Part shown: piece after piece, positions 54,903 through 64,000 of the stretch
Position numbering within the stretch: the first letter of the stretch is position 1
Layout of the letters: every line of letters begins with the position of its first letter
DNA from: an uncultured Chloroflexia bacterium
Lineage (GTDB): Bacteria; Chloroflexota; Limnocylindria; Limnocylindrales; CSP1-4
NCBI GenBank assembly: GCA_963796715.1
Contig: CAWCMN010000009.1
Location: forward strand, 198,546 to 262,545
Length of the DNA: 64,000 nt
Direction of reading: 5' to 3'
Program-made: the position numbers and the translations under genes
Notes under the pieces: model-generated
Seen by the model: the letters and a program-made list of their open reading frames with translations, nothing else
Told to the model about the DNA's origin: nothing
The model's database searches: none

Positions 54903-56317
54903 GCGTCGACCTCGTGTGCGCCAAGGGCGCCGAGCGGCCCACTCGCCTTGGCCTGCGTCTCGGCCCATTCGGCGGCCGGGTCGGAGCGCCAGGTGATGCC
55001 GCCGCCGACGTGGAGGGTGAGGCGAGCGCCATCGGCGACCAGGGTCCGGATGAGGATGGACGAGCCCATCGCGCCATCCGGCCCCAGCCAGAGGGCGGCG
55101 CCCGTGTAGGGCCCGCGGCGCACGGGCTCGAGGCGTTCGATGAGCTCCATGGCCCGGATCTTGGGGGCGCCGGTGATCGAGCCGCCGGGGAACGAGGCCG
55201 CCAGGAGGTCGAACGCGTCGCGCCCGGCGGCGAGGTGCCCGGTGACCGTCGAGACGAGGTGCTGCACACTGCCCGTCCGCTCCAGGCGGCACAGCCGGGG
55301 CACCCGGACCGTGCCCGGGTCGCAGACCCGGCCGAGGTCGTTGCGCAGGACGTCCACGATCATCGTGTTCTCCGCCCGATCCTTGGCGCTGGCCAGCAGC
55401 TCGGCCGCCAGGCTCCGATCCTCCTGGCGGCTCCGGCCCCGTGGTCGCGTGCCCTTGATCGGGTCGGTCAGCACGATCCCGTCCGGCGCGACCGCCAGGA
55501 ACGGCTCGGGCGACGCCGACAGGAGACCCCGGTCCGCCCCGGTCCGCCGATCCGGGCCGAGGTCCAGGTACGCCGCGTAGCCCGTCGGATCGCCCGTGCG
55601 CAGGCGTCGGTAGACGGGCCACGGGTCGGCCATGAACGCCGCCTCCAGCCGCCGGGCCACGTTGGCCTGGTACAGCTCGCCGCGGGCGATCTCGCGCCGC
55701 ACGGCCTGGACCATCGCCACATACGCAGGCTGGTCCAGGTTGCTGGCGAAGGCGGTCGGCGGCTCCTGGGAGGACAGCGCGGGCCGCGACGGCGCGTGGA
55801 GGCGCGCGAGGATGGCGTCGCGTCGCGCCGCGAGGCGATCGTGGTCGCCGTCCACGGCGCGCGAGGCCAGCCACGTCCGGCCGCTGCCGTGATCGAAGGC
55901 CACGACCTGGTCGTACAGGCCAAGGCGGAGTGTGGGCAGCCACTGGTCGATCGCGGCGACGGTCGGGAGGTGCTCCAGGTGGCGTCCGACGTCGTAGCCC
56001 AGGAACCCCATCAGCCCGCCGCTGAACGGCGACGCCAGCGGGGTCGGGTCCATGCGCGCGACGGATCGCCGGGCGGCGGCGAACAGATCCGGGCCGTCGT
56101 CGGCCGCGTCGATGACCTCGAGCGGATCGGCCGCCAGGTAGCTCCATCGGGCGCGACGCCCGGGCCGGGCGCTCTCCAGGAGGGCCATCCCGGGCAGGCC
56201 GCGCAGGCGCTCGGCCAGGTCGAGCGGCGCGAGCCCCTCGAGCTCGGGCAGCGGGGTCAGGGCGGCGAGCGCGGCCGCGCGTGTGTTCTTGGGCGCAGCC
56301 GGGGTCGTGATGGGCAT
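54899..56317 (-). CDS. pabB: aminodeoxychorismate/anthranilate synthase component I (chorismate-binding enzyme)
   Basis: Motifs LLESA, PFSGGLMGFLGYD and GAPKIRAMELIERLEPVRRGPYTGA. ATG at 56317 gives 473 aa. Confidence 0.85.
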   Translation of the reverse strand: MPITTPAAPKNTRAAALAALTPLPELEGLAPLDLAERLRGLPGMALLESARPGRRARWSYLAADPLEVIDAADDGPDLFAAARRSVARMDPTPLASPFSGGLMGFLGYDVGRHLEHLPTVAAIDQWLPTLRLGLYDQVVAFDHGSGRTWLASRAVDGDHDRLAARRDAILARLHAPSRPALSSQEPPTAFASNLDQPAYVAMVQAVRREIARGELYQANVARRLEAAFMADPWPVYRRLRTGDPTGYAAYLDLGPDRRTGADRGLLSASPEPFLAVAPDGIVLTDPIKGTRPRGRSRQEDRSLAAELLASAKDRAENTMIVDVLRNDLGRVCDPGTVRVPRLCRLERTGSVQHLVSTVTGHLAAGRDAFDLLAASFPGGSITGAPKIRAMELIERLEPVRRGPYTGAALWLGPDGAMGSSILIRTLVADGARLTLHVGGGITWRSDPAAEWAETQAKASGPLGALGAHEVDA

Positions 56318-56332
56318 CGGCTCGCATGATAG

Positions 56333-57478
56333 GTGGGCGCCCAAACGCGCCACGTGCCGCATCATCCACCCGTGGATCACGACCAGCTCCAGCCCGCGTA
56401 CGACGTCCTGGCCCGCGAGGTGGCAGCCGGCGACCTGCCGGCGGCGGTCCTGGCCGTGGCCGACCGTGAGGGGCTGGTCCGGGTCGGCGCGTTCGCGCCG
56501 GGGAGCGAGCGGATCACGCCGCTCAGCCACTTCATGATCGCCTCGATGACCAAACCGATCATGGCCACGGCCGTGATGCGGCTGGTGGAGGCGGGGCGCC
56601 TCGACCTCGATGCGCCCGTGCAGCGCTACCTGCCCGAGTTCGCGCCGCTCCCGGCGGCCCGCGGCGAGCCCGGCGGCGACACGATCACCGCGCGGGACGT
56701 CCTGCGCCATACGGCCGGCCTGATCGAGGACTGGCAGCGCATGAGCCGCGAGCGACCGGACGCCGCGCGGACGTACCGCATGCTGGCCAGCGAGCCCCTG
56801 GAATACACCCCCGGCACGCGGCACCACTACACGTCGAACGCCTGGTTCGTCCTTGGTGAGCTGATCCGCCGCCTGGGCGGGCGGCCCTACCCCGTCTTCC
56901 TGCGCGAGCAGGTCCTGGAGCCGCTCGCGATGACCGAGACTGGCTTCGGGCGGCCTGCCTCGGACCGGGCGCGCGTGCACGCCTTCGGGCCGAACTCGCT
57001 GGTCAGCCCGCTCTTCCTCGCCGCGTTCATGCGCCTGCAGCATCCCGCCGGCGGCCTGTGGAGCACGGCCGACGACATCGTCCGTTTCGGGCGCGCCATG
57101 CTCCTTGGCGGCGCCCTCGACGGGGTCCGCGTCCTGACCCCGGCGAGCGTCGCCGAGATGACGCGGGAACAGACGACCGGGCTCCCCGATGTCGAGGAGC
57201 CCGGCCGGACGGCGCACTATGGGTTGGGCTGGAACATCCCCGGTGGTCGGCCGGGCAAGCCCGGCTCAGCTGCGGCGTTCGAGCATGGCGCGAGCACCGG
57301 CGGCCGCCTGTGGGTCGACCCCACGTACGACCTGGTGATCGTCCTGCTGGCCAACCGCTGGCTCAGCGAGACGCGCTACTCGTACGCCGTCATCGGCGCC
57401 GTTTACGAGGCGCTGGGGCTGCCCCGCTCGATCGGCACGGCGACCATCGAGCCCCACTCCGTCCACGACCCGTCGTAG
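56333..57478 (+). CDS. serine hydrolase, class C beta-lactamase/PBP4-like family
   Basis: SxxK motif IASMTKP, YxN-like YTSNAW and HTAG. Start is uncertain because it lies 16 nt from the divergent pabB start. Confidence 0.75.
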   Translation: MGAQTRHVPHHPPVDHDQLQPAYDVLAREVAAGDLPAAVLAVADREGLVRVGAFAPGSERITPLSHFMIASMTKPIMATAVMRLVEAGRLDLDAPVQRYLPEFAPLPAARGEPGGDTITARDVLRHTAGLIEDWQRMSRERPDAARTYRMLASEPLEYTPGTRHHYTSNAWFVLGELIRRLGGRPYPVFLREQVLEPLAMTETGFGRPASDRARVHAFGPNSLVSPLFLAAFMRLQHPAGGLWSTADDIVRFGRAMLLGGALDGVRVLTPASVAEMTREQTTGLPDVEEPGRTAHYGLGWNIPGGRPGKPGSAAAFEHGASTGGRLWVDPTYDLVIVLLANRWLSETRYSYAVIGAVYEALGLPRSIGTATIEPHSVHDPS

Positions 57479-58260
57479 TTGCGCACGGACGGGTAGCCCA
57501 GGATCTCGTGCAGCACGAACCAGCTGTGGCTGGAGCGCTCGCCGATGCGGCAATAGGTGACGATGTCCTTGTCGGGCGTGATGCCCTTGCCCTGGTACAG
57601 GGCGGCCAGCTCCTCGGGGCTCTTGAAGCTGCCGTCCTCGCGCACCGCCTGGCTCCACGGGATCGACGCGGCGCCCGGGATGTGCCCGCCGCGCTGCGCC
57701 GTCTCCGAGAGGCCTGGCGGGGCCAGGACTTCGCCGCTGTACTCGGCCGGCGAACGGACGTCGACCAGGCCGAGGCCGGGGTCGCCAAGGCGCGGCAGGA
57801 GCTCGTCACGGAACTCCCGCAGCTCGTACGACGGTCCCTCCAAGTTGAACCCGGTCGCCTCGTAGCTCGGGACGTCGTTCGTCAGCGGCAGGTTCCGCCC
57901 CAGCCAGAGCTTGCGCCCGCCGTCGACGAGCGAGACTCGCTCCAGGCCGTACAGCTTGAGCTGCCAGTAGGCCCAGGCGGCGAACCAGTTGTTGTTGTCG
58001 CCGTACAGGGCGATGTGCGTGTCGGGGCCGATGCCGGACGTGCTGAGCAGGCGCGACATGTCGGCCGGGGTGGCGATGTCGCGCCGGATCCCGTCGGTGA
58101 GCTGGCTCGTCCAGTCCCAGGCGACGGCGCCAGGCAGGTGGCCCTGGTCGTAAGCCGTGGTGTCGACATCGACCTCGACGAAGCGGACGGCCGGGTCGCC
58201 GAGGTGCTCGACGGCCCAGTCGGCGCTCACGAGGGCCGGGGTAGCGGTGGATACGGTCAT
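57403..58260 (-). CDS. thiosulfate/3-mercaptopyruvate sulfurtransferase (two-domain rhodanese)
   Basis: Active site CRIGERSS. 285 aa. Confidence 0.85.
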   Translation of the reverse strand: MTVSTATPALVSADWAVEHLGDPAVRFVEVDVDTTAYDQGHLPGAVAWDWTSQLTDGIRRDIATPADMSRLLSTSGIGPDTHIALYGDNNNWFAAWAYWQLKLYGLERVSLVDGGRKLWLGRNLPLTNDVPSYEATGFNLEGPSYELREFRDELLPRLGDPGLGLVDVRSPAEYSGEVLAPPGLSETAQRGGHIPGAASIPWSQAVREDGSFKSPEELAALYQGKGITPDKDIVTYCRIGERSSHSWFVLHEILGYPSVRNYDGSWTEWGSMVAVPIERGSPSAS

Positions 58261-58424
58261 GGTGGTGATCCCTCAGGCTGGGGCGCGCATGGCGCAGCTG
58301 ATGTGCGGGCGGCCCACATGGGGTCGCCGGGGGGCGAGGCGGGCCGTCCCGCCACCGCGCGGACGCGGTTAGCGGACCCGCCCGCTACATCTGCACCGAC
58401 TCCTGGCGATCACGCTCCCGCCGA

Positions 58425-58883
58425 TCACGGCAGGGCCCCTTCCTCGACGGCGAAGGCCCGCAGCCGCAGCTCGCACTCGTCGTGCAGCCGGGCCACCTGG
58501 CGCGCCATCCACGGATCGACGCGCGACGTGTCCTCCACGGTCACGGTAGGGCCGGTGGCGCCCTCGTCGAAGGCGATGCCATCGCTGTTGCGGTAGTCGC
58601 TGAGCCAGTTGGCCTGCAGTTGCAGGATGGCGGCCGCCACCACGGGGCGGCTGAACGACCAGTCGACGTACTCGGCGTTGAGCTGGTCGACGAGGTCGCG
58701 GATCCGCAGCGGCACTCCGCGCGGTGCGCGTGCCAGGAGGTGCACGACCCGCAGGTCGGCGAACGGGTCCCGGACCTCGGCCACCTGTGGCGGCTGGAGG
58801 TGCGGGTCGGCGAGGCCTGGGATGTCGCGAAGGATCACGTCACCTGTGCTCAAGTTGGCGCGCCGCACCCGGCGGATGGGCAT
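58425..58883 (-). CDS. hypothetical protein
   Basis: 152-aa ORF with no family recognised. Confidence 0.35.
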   Translation of the reverse strand: MPIRRVRRANLSTGDVILRDIPGLADPHLQPPQVAEVRDPFADLRVVHLLARAPRGVPLRIRDLVDQLNAEYVDWSFSRPVVAAAILQLQANWLSDYRNSDGIAFDEGATGPTVTVEDTSRVDPWMARQVARLHDECELRLRAFAVEEGALP

Positions 58884-58964
58884 ATCCGACGGCTCGACTC
58901 AGGATTGGTGGCGGCAGGATAGCAGGGCCCTCCGCGTCCGGCTGGCGGCGGTACGCTGGCCGGC

Positions 58965-59294
58965 ATGCGACCCACCTTCCACCTCGTCCGGTCGACCGAC
59001 TGGGCGGCCGCCGACCCCCATGCGCCGTGGGCCCCGACCTCGCTCGCGGGCGAGGGCTTCATCCACTGCACCGACGGCCTGGCCGCCATGGTCGACACCG
59101 CCAACCGCTTCTACGCGGGCGAGCCGGGCGACTTCCTGCTGCTGACGGTGGATCTGGACGCGGTCGGCTGCCCGTGGCGGATCGACGAGCCGGGCCGCCC
59201 CTACCCGCACATCTACGGGCCCCTGCCCCGATCGGCCGTCCTCGAGGTGCGACCGATGCCCCGGGGGGCCGACGGCCGCTTCACCTCCCCCTAG
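58965..59294 (+). CDS. DUF952 domain protein
   Basis: FIHCTDG and PHIYGPL motifs. 109 aa. Confidence 0.6.
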   Translation: MRPTFHLVRSTDWAAADPHAPWAPTSLAGEGFIHCTDGLAAMVDTANRFYAGEPGDFLLLTVDLDAVGCPWRIDEPGRPYPHIYGPLPRSAVLEVRPMPRGADGRFTSP

Positions 59295-59656
59295 CGTGGC
59301 TCGATCCGCAGGGTCGTCGGCAGGACGTCGTCGACCAGCATCGCCGGGAGGGACGGATCATCCACGTACTTGCGTGAGAGCGCGGCGCTGCACGCGGCGA
59401 CCGACGCCGGGTCCGTCGCCGGGACGAAGCGGATGGGCACGTCGCGACCGTCGACGGCGAGCGCGGCTTCCGGGCGCGCCAGTGCTTCCTGGTACCACTT
59501 GCCGGCCGGGCCGCGGTACGAGCGCACGTACGGGACGCCGGCCTCGACCACCGGCCAGACGACGGTGCGCCGCGGGGTGCCGTCCGGGCGGCTCGTGACG
59601 ACTTCGATCTCGACCTCGTCCTCGCACGCGGCCAGGACATCGCCGGGCAGCTTCAC
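59291..59656 (-). CDS. small conserved hypothetical protein, coupled to the nitroreductase gene
   Basis: 121 aa. Its start overlaps the nitroreductase stop (ATGA). Confidence 0.45.
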   Translation of the reverse strand: MKLPGDVLAACEDEVEIEVVTSRPDGTPRRTVVWPVVEAGVPYVRSYRGPAGKWYQEALARPEAALAVDGRDVPIRFVPATDPASVAACSAALSRKYVDDPSLPAMLVDDVLPTTLRIEPR

Positions 59657-60174
59657 CAGCGTTCCTCGTGCACGATCGCGTCAAGGGTGACGCGGCCGCC
59701 CGGGCGCTTTGGCGCGGTGAGCGCGGCCGGGTCCGCGGGGTAGCCGAAGGAGATGAGGAACTCGCACCATTGATCATCCGGGTAGCCCAACAGCCGGCGG
59801 GCGAGGGCCTGATCGTAGACCGTCGCGGGGACACTGCCGATGCCGAGCTCCCAGGCGGCCAGCACCACGTTCTGGGCAGCACGCCCCAGGTCCCACATGA
59901 CCGACAGTGGCGCATCGGCCTGCGCCGGGTCCGGCGTCACGAGGGCGATCGCCAGGGGCGCTCCCGCCAGGTGCCCGGCGAACGGCCCCACCGCCGCCAG
60001 CTCCTGCAGATGGGCCCGGTCGCGCACCACGATGAACGCCCAGCGCTGGAGGTTCTTGGAGCTGCCCGCTCGCCGGGCCGCGTTGAGGATCCGCGCGAGA
60101 TGCGCCACGTCCAGGGGCCGATCCTGGAACTTGCGCACGACGCGGATCGAGTCGATCGCTCGCCAGGTGTCCAT
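59653..60174 (-). CDS. nitroreductase family protein
   Basis: RSVRKF-like N-terminus (IRVVRKFQDRPL) and the NfnB fold. 173 aa. Confidence 0.8.
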   Translation of the reverse strand: MDTWRAIDSIRVVRKFQDRPLDVAHLARILNAARRAGSSKNLQRWAFIVVRDRAHLQELAAVGPFAGHLAGAPLAIALVTPDPAQADAPLSVMWDLGRAAQNVVLAAWELGIGSVPATVYDQALARRLLGYPDDQWCEFLISFGYPADPAALTAPKRPGGRVTLDAIVHEERW

Positions 60175-61383
60175 CAGGCGGGAGCGGCCGCTGCCGGCAC
60201 GCCCGCAGCCGGGCCGTTGAGGCGCCGCCGAAGGGCCTCGGCGGCAATGCCCACGATGATGAGGATGACGCCCTCGAGCAGCAGAGCGAGGTCCGGCGTG
60301 CCCGACAGGTAGCTGCCGTCAAGGTCGGTGAGCGCCACGATGCAGCCGATGGCCGCCGCGAAGATGTAGGCGTTCGACTCGCGGCGGTAGGCCCGTTCCA
60401 GGAGGATCGCGGCCACGACCAGCACGGCGAGATCGCCGAGGACCGGTTCGAGGGCACGGCTCGAGCCCAGGTCACTGGTCGCGGTCGCCTGGGTGACGGC
60501 GTAGAACACGCCGAGCACGGCCGTCAGCCCGGCCCACAGGCGCACCACGCCCGCTCGGCGTTGCGCCGCTGGATCCCGCCGTCCGCGGTGCGCCTCCAGC
60601 AACCCCACGATGCCGAGCAGGAACGCCGTCGCCAGCCACCAGATGGCCGACCCGATCACGAGGATCATCGGGTCCACGCCGGTCGACGTCACCGGTCCGT
60701 TGTCGAGGTAGTTCGGCGCTGGTGCGACCACATGCCTGGATCCATACGAGCAGCGAGCTCGACAGCGCGGTGATCGTGCCAAGCACCGCCAGCTCCGTGG
60801 TGATGGCCGGCAGGAGCAGGCGCAACGCGACGGCGGCGGCCAGGGCGAGGCCGGTGCTGAAGAGCGCCACGACGAGCGCGTCAGGGGAGATCGCGCCGGC
60901 GAGCAGGTTGGCCGCCCAACCGACCGCCACCACCGCCGCCAGGAACGAGATCCCCGCCGCGCGCCGCCGCCGCGGCGTCCCCCGGCGCAGGACAAGGCCG
61001 ATCGCGGTCAGGGCGAGCGCCTCCACCACTGCGCCGATGCCCAGGATCGTCTGCGAGGTCGTCGAGGTCGAGTCAAGTCCAAAGGTGCCCGACGCGAGGC
61101 GCACGAAGAAGGCGACGACGGCACCGAGCAGGAACGCCGTGCCCAGGTAGGCGAACATCTCGACGACCGTGACGCTGGGCCCGAACACGGCGGTCGCCGT
61201 CGACCCCCCGGGGGCAGGCTCGGCTGGGGTCGAGGCGGGGGCGGCCGCCGCCGCCGCCGCTCCCTGGACCGGCTGAGTTGGGCCGGCGGCTTCCGCGGCG
61301 CGCAGCCGGTCGGCCGTGGCCGCGTCGATCAGGCCGGCGGCCTGCCAGCGGTCGATGCGGTCGAGCACTCCCGGTCCGTCCAT
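60174..61383 (-). pseudogene. DUF2157-like polytopic membrane protein, one frameshift near 60735
   Basis: N-terminal LDRIDRWQAAGLID. The 303-aa and 273-aa ORFs overlap in different frames. WIQA then VAPAPNY joins are consistent with a single 1-nt indel. Confidence 0.5.
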
Positions 61384-61868
61384 GCCCCGCTCCCGTGCGA
61401 TGACTGCGTGCGATGGTACGCCTCGCCGATCAGGCGTCCGCCGCGCTGTTGACGCCTACCTGGTCACCTGTGACTGGGGGGCACGTTAGGGCATCAACCG
61501 GGGCTGACCAGGTCGTCCCGGACAGCCTCGCGGGCTGCGGGCGGCTCCGTTCACGCTCAGGGCAGGCGCATCATCCTTGCGCCACGGGGTGCCGGTCGCG
61601 CCGGATCCGACCTAACGTGCCCCGGAGTCAGGTTTGGCCACATCGCGTGGCGCGCGAGCAGCAACATGGTCGTCTACCAATGGGGGAAGCGTTAGAGCGG
61701 CAAGTCGGTGGTCCGGGGTGACCGGGAGTGCCGCCCCGGAGCGGGTCCACGCTCGGCGGGGACGTCGCATCGGACGTCAGGCCGGGCCGAGGTCTTGCCC
61801 AACTGGTCCAGTACCACCCGGATTGGCATCTGAGCAGGTTCCGGTGGGTTGGGCTCGCCGCGAACCGC

Positions 61869-63488
61869 TCAGAGCAGCTCCCCGTGCGCGGATCCCGTGG
61901 GCTCGCCGTCGCGCGGCCGGGGCTCTTCGCCGGGACCGTAGACGCGCTTGGCCGCTCCAGCCGCTGCGCCGGCGGCTTCCACGGTGTCGCCGCTCTGCAG
62001 GACCTGGAGCGGCGCCCCGGACCGGCCTTCGATCGCGCCGACGCCGTACGGCACCCACTTGCGGGGATCCTGCAGGCGGTGCGCCTCGCTGTTGCCGCGG
62101 GCGTGGATCTCATCGAAGCCGCGCGGCTCGATCCAGAGGCGCTCGCCCTCGAGCAGGCCGAGCACGCCGCTCTGGCCGGGCTCCGGCCGCGGGTTCTGGC
62201 AGTACGCGCAGCTTGCCTTGTCGTGCTGCTGGTACGTGAGCGGCTCCTCGTAGGTCGTGATGTAGCCCTCGTAGTTGCGCAGCACGACCTTGTGGTCGGA
62301 GTAGCTGACCAGGTAGTTGGGCATGATGGGGATCTTGCCGCCACCACCGGGCGCATCGATGACGTAGGTCGGGACGGCGTAGCCGCTGGTGTGGCCGCGC
62401 AGGCCTTCCATGATCTCCAGGCCCTTGCCGACCGGCGTCCGGAAATGGCCCGACCCTTCGACCAGGTCGCACTGGTACAGGTAGTAGGGCCGGATGCGGT
62501 TCTCGACCAGCTTGTGGACCAGCGCCCGCTGGATGTTCACGCAGTCGTTCACGCCTGCCAGGAGCACCGATTGGTTGCCCACGGGGATGCCGGCGCGGGT
62601 CAGCTTGTCGACCGCGCGGCTGACCTCGGGCGTGATCTCGTTGGGGTGGTTGAAGTGGAGGTTCATCCACAGCGGGTGGTACTTGGCCATCATGTCGCAC
62701 AGCTCATCGTCGATGCGCTGCGGCAGGAAGACCGGCACGCGGCTGCCGATGCGCACGATCTCGATGTGCGGGATCTCGCGGATGCCGCGCAGGATCGACT
62801 CGAAGAGCTTGGGGGCGAGCGTCAGGCCATCACCGCCGGAGATGAGGACGTCGCGCACCTGGGGCGTGCGGCGCAGGTACTCCAGCTGCGCCTCGTGGTC
62901 CTTGCGGTTGAAGTTCTGGGTGGGGTCGCCCACGATCCGTGACCGCGTGCAGTAGCGGCAGTAGCTGGCGCACTGGGTCGTGACGAGCATCAGGACGCGG
63001 TCGGGATAGCGGTGGACGAGCCCGGGCACGGGGGAGTGGCGGTCCTCGGCCAGCGAGTCCTCCATCATCGCCGTGAAGGCCTGGTTCTCGCGGCCCAAGG
63101 GGATGACCTGGCGGCGGATCGGGTCGTTCGGGTCGTGCGGGTCGATCAGGCTGATGAAGTACGGCGTGATGTCGACCCGGAACTTCTCCGGCGCCGACAG
63201 CCCCTCGCGCTCCTCGTCGGTGAGTTCCAGGACGGCCCCGATCTCGTCGACGTCGTTGACGCGATGGCTGAGCTGCCAGCGCCAGTCGTTCCACTTCTCA
63301 TCCGGCACGTCCGCCCACTGCGGGGCACGGCGGCTGACGGCCGGCTTGCCGTCCGGCCCGAGCGCCTGGGCCGGGTCCCGCCGGTTGACGAACGGTGGCT
63401 GGGCGGCGGCCGCCTCGGCCGCGGCAGCGTGCGTCGCTGCCTTGATCTGCTGCTCGTCCAAGGGGTCCTCACCATGCGCCGAGTGCAT
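61869..63488 (-). CDS. kamA: lysine 2,3-aminomutase (KamA family radical SAM), 539 aa with N- and C-terminal extensions
   Basis: Radical SAM cysteines CASYCRYCTR. ISGGDGL and the PLP-Lys region. It is longer than typical KamA (416-470 aa). Confidence 0.85.
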   Translation of the reverse strand: MHSAHGEDPLDEQQIKAATHAAAAEAAAAQPPFVNRRDPAQALGPDGKPAVSRRAPQWADVPDEKWNDWRWQLSHRVNDVDEIGAVLELTDEEREGLSAPEKFRVDITPYFISLIDPHDPNDPIRRQVIPLGRENQAFTAMMEDSLAEDRHSPVPGLVHRYPDRVLMLVTTQCASYCRYCTRSRIVGDPTQNFNRKDHEAQLEYLRRTPQVRDVLISGGDGLTLAPKLFESILRGIREIPHIEIVRIGSRVPVFLPQRIDDELCDMMAKYHPLWMNLHFNHPNEITPEVSRAVDKLTRAGIPVGNQSVLLAGVNDCVNIQRALVHKLVENRIRPYYLYQCDLVEGSGHFRTPVGKGLEIMEGLRGHTSGYAVPTYVIDAPGGGGKIPIMPNYLVSYSDHKVVLRNYEGYITTYEEPLTYQQHDKASCAYCQNPRPEPGQSGVLGLLEGERLWIEPRGFDEIHARGNSEAHRLQDPRKWVPYGVGAIEGRSGAPLQVLQSGDTVEAAGAAAGAAKRVYGPGEEPRPRDGEPTGSAHGELL

Positions 63489-63670
63489 AAGTTCTATGCA
63501 GTCTGCATGATTGTAGCGGCCCCCACAACAGGACCCTTGGCAGGGACCGCGTTGCCAGGGCCGCCCGGCTCATCATGCACCGGGCCCTTCGGCCCTTGAC
63601 CGGTTACTCGGGCGCGCCCACGGTGGGTCGGCTGGTCTAGCAGCCCACAGCTGCCGCTCGACGCTAGACC

Positions 63671-63922
63671 GTGGGCGGCTCGAACGAGTTGGAGGCGCGC
63701 ATGAGCGCCAGTGTCCCCGTCATCTGCACCCGATGCCGCACCGTGGATCGTCACCCGAAGCATGACTCGCGGTCGCCATCCGGCTGGGCATGCCCGGAGT
63801 GCGACTGGTTCAGCTTCACCAAGCCGGCGGTGGCGGGCCGCCATCCGAAGCACGACCCTCAGGCCCCGTCGGGCTGGGCGTGTCCGGTCTGTGCCGCCGC
63901 CCTGGTGGCAAGCGGCAACTGA
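63671..63922 (+). CDS. small tandem zinc-ribbon-like protein
   Basis: The motif RHPKHD(S/P)x(S/A)PSGWACP(E/V)C occurs twice within 83 aa, preceded by CTRC. Divergent from kamA. Weakly supported. Confidence 0.35.
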   Translation: MGGSNELEARMSASVPVICTRCRTVDRHPKHDSRSPSGWACPECDWFSFTKPAVAGRHPKHDPQAPSGWACPVCAAALVASGN

Positions 63923-64000
63923 GGGTCGAGCCCCAGGTTCACACCTTGCGCGCTGGTGGCGGGACGCCCGCGGCGGGACGCCCGCGGCGCAACAGCCACC

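Noticed and set aside
54360-56329. + strand ORFs 54360..55109 and 54914..56329, and minus-strand ORF 54441..56369 (upstream part)
   Set aside because: They are antisense or off-frame to pabB and have no motifs. Only the last 153 codons of 54441..56369 (small membrane protein) were kept.
61477-61623. 13-bp inverted repeat pair as a MITE
   Set aside because: No flanking target-site duplication was visible and no second copy exists in this window. It is kept as a structural finding only.
61728-62942. 404-aa + strand ORF opposite kamA
   Set aside because: It lies antisense to a strongly supported radical SAM gene and its sequence is low complexity.

Overview
High-GC (~72%) chromosomal window from an actinobacterial-type genome, densely coded on both strands. 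No rRNA, tRNA, CRISPR array, transposase or integrase was found. In order, the window holds:

- The 3' 4.2 kb of a multi-GAF hybrid sensor kinase, then an Hpt protein and a receiver-adenylate/guanylate cyclase. This is a complete His-Asp-His-Asp phosphorelay ending in a nucleotide cyclase.
- An SDR, a DUF2029-like membrane glycosyltransferase and an aldehyde dehydrogenase.
- murT-gatD (lipid II amidation).
- A NudC-like Nudix hydrolase with a coupled small membrane protein.
- purE, an isocitrate/isopropylmalate-dehydrogenase-family enzyme with a C-terminal extension, a nucleoside hydrolase and a class-II UvrA paralogue.
- An ECF-type transporter locus whose S and T components are shattered by frameshifts while both EcfA ATPases are intact.
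- A mycobacterial-style CysO-dependent cysteine synthesis cluster (rhodanese-ThiF MoeZ-like, CysO ending GGA, CysM, Mec+ JAMM).
- A sufU-sufS-sufC-Rrf2 cluster lacking sufBD in this window.
- An ECF sigma factor with an anti-sigma-beta-propeller partner.
- An EXLDI-family protein with a DrrAB-like ABC exporter, divergent from a flavin oxidoreductase across an AT-rich double palindrome.
- A four-gene MacB-type system: two ATPases and two giant FtsX-domain permeases.
- An LLM/F420-type oxidoreductase and a beta-carbonic anhydrase.
- Several small conserved genes: Pr6Pr, GNAT, SIMPL, DUF3558-like lipoprotein, HIBADH, BI-1, PRC-barrel, PduO adenosyltransferase, DUF59, DUF433.
- A five-gene translationally coupled pabB / membrane / pentapeptide-repeat / pabC / hypothetical operon.
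- A serine hydrolase, a rhodanese, DUF952, a nitroreductase and a DUF2157-like membrane protein.
- A long lysine-2,3-aminomutase.

At least seven otherwise well-conserved genes are split by single-nucleotide frameshifts. About eight of these lie within 1.2 kb of the ECF S/T genes. They may be genuine gene decay or assembly indels, and only the reads can tell. The window also carries several strong palindromic or repeat arrays in intergenic regions that look like unannotated operators or small structured RNAs.
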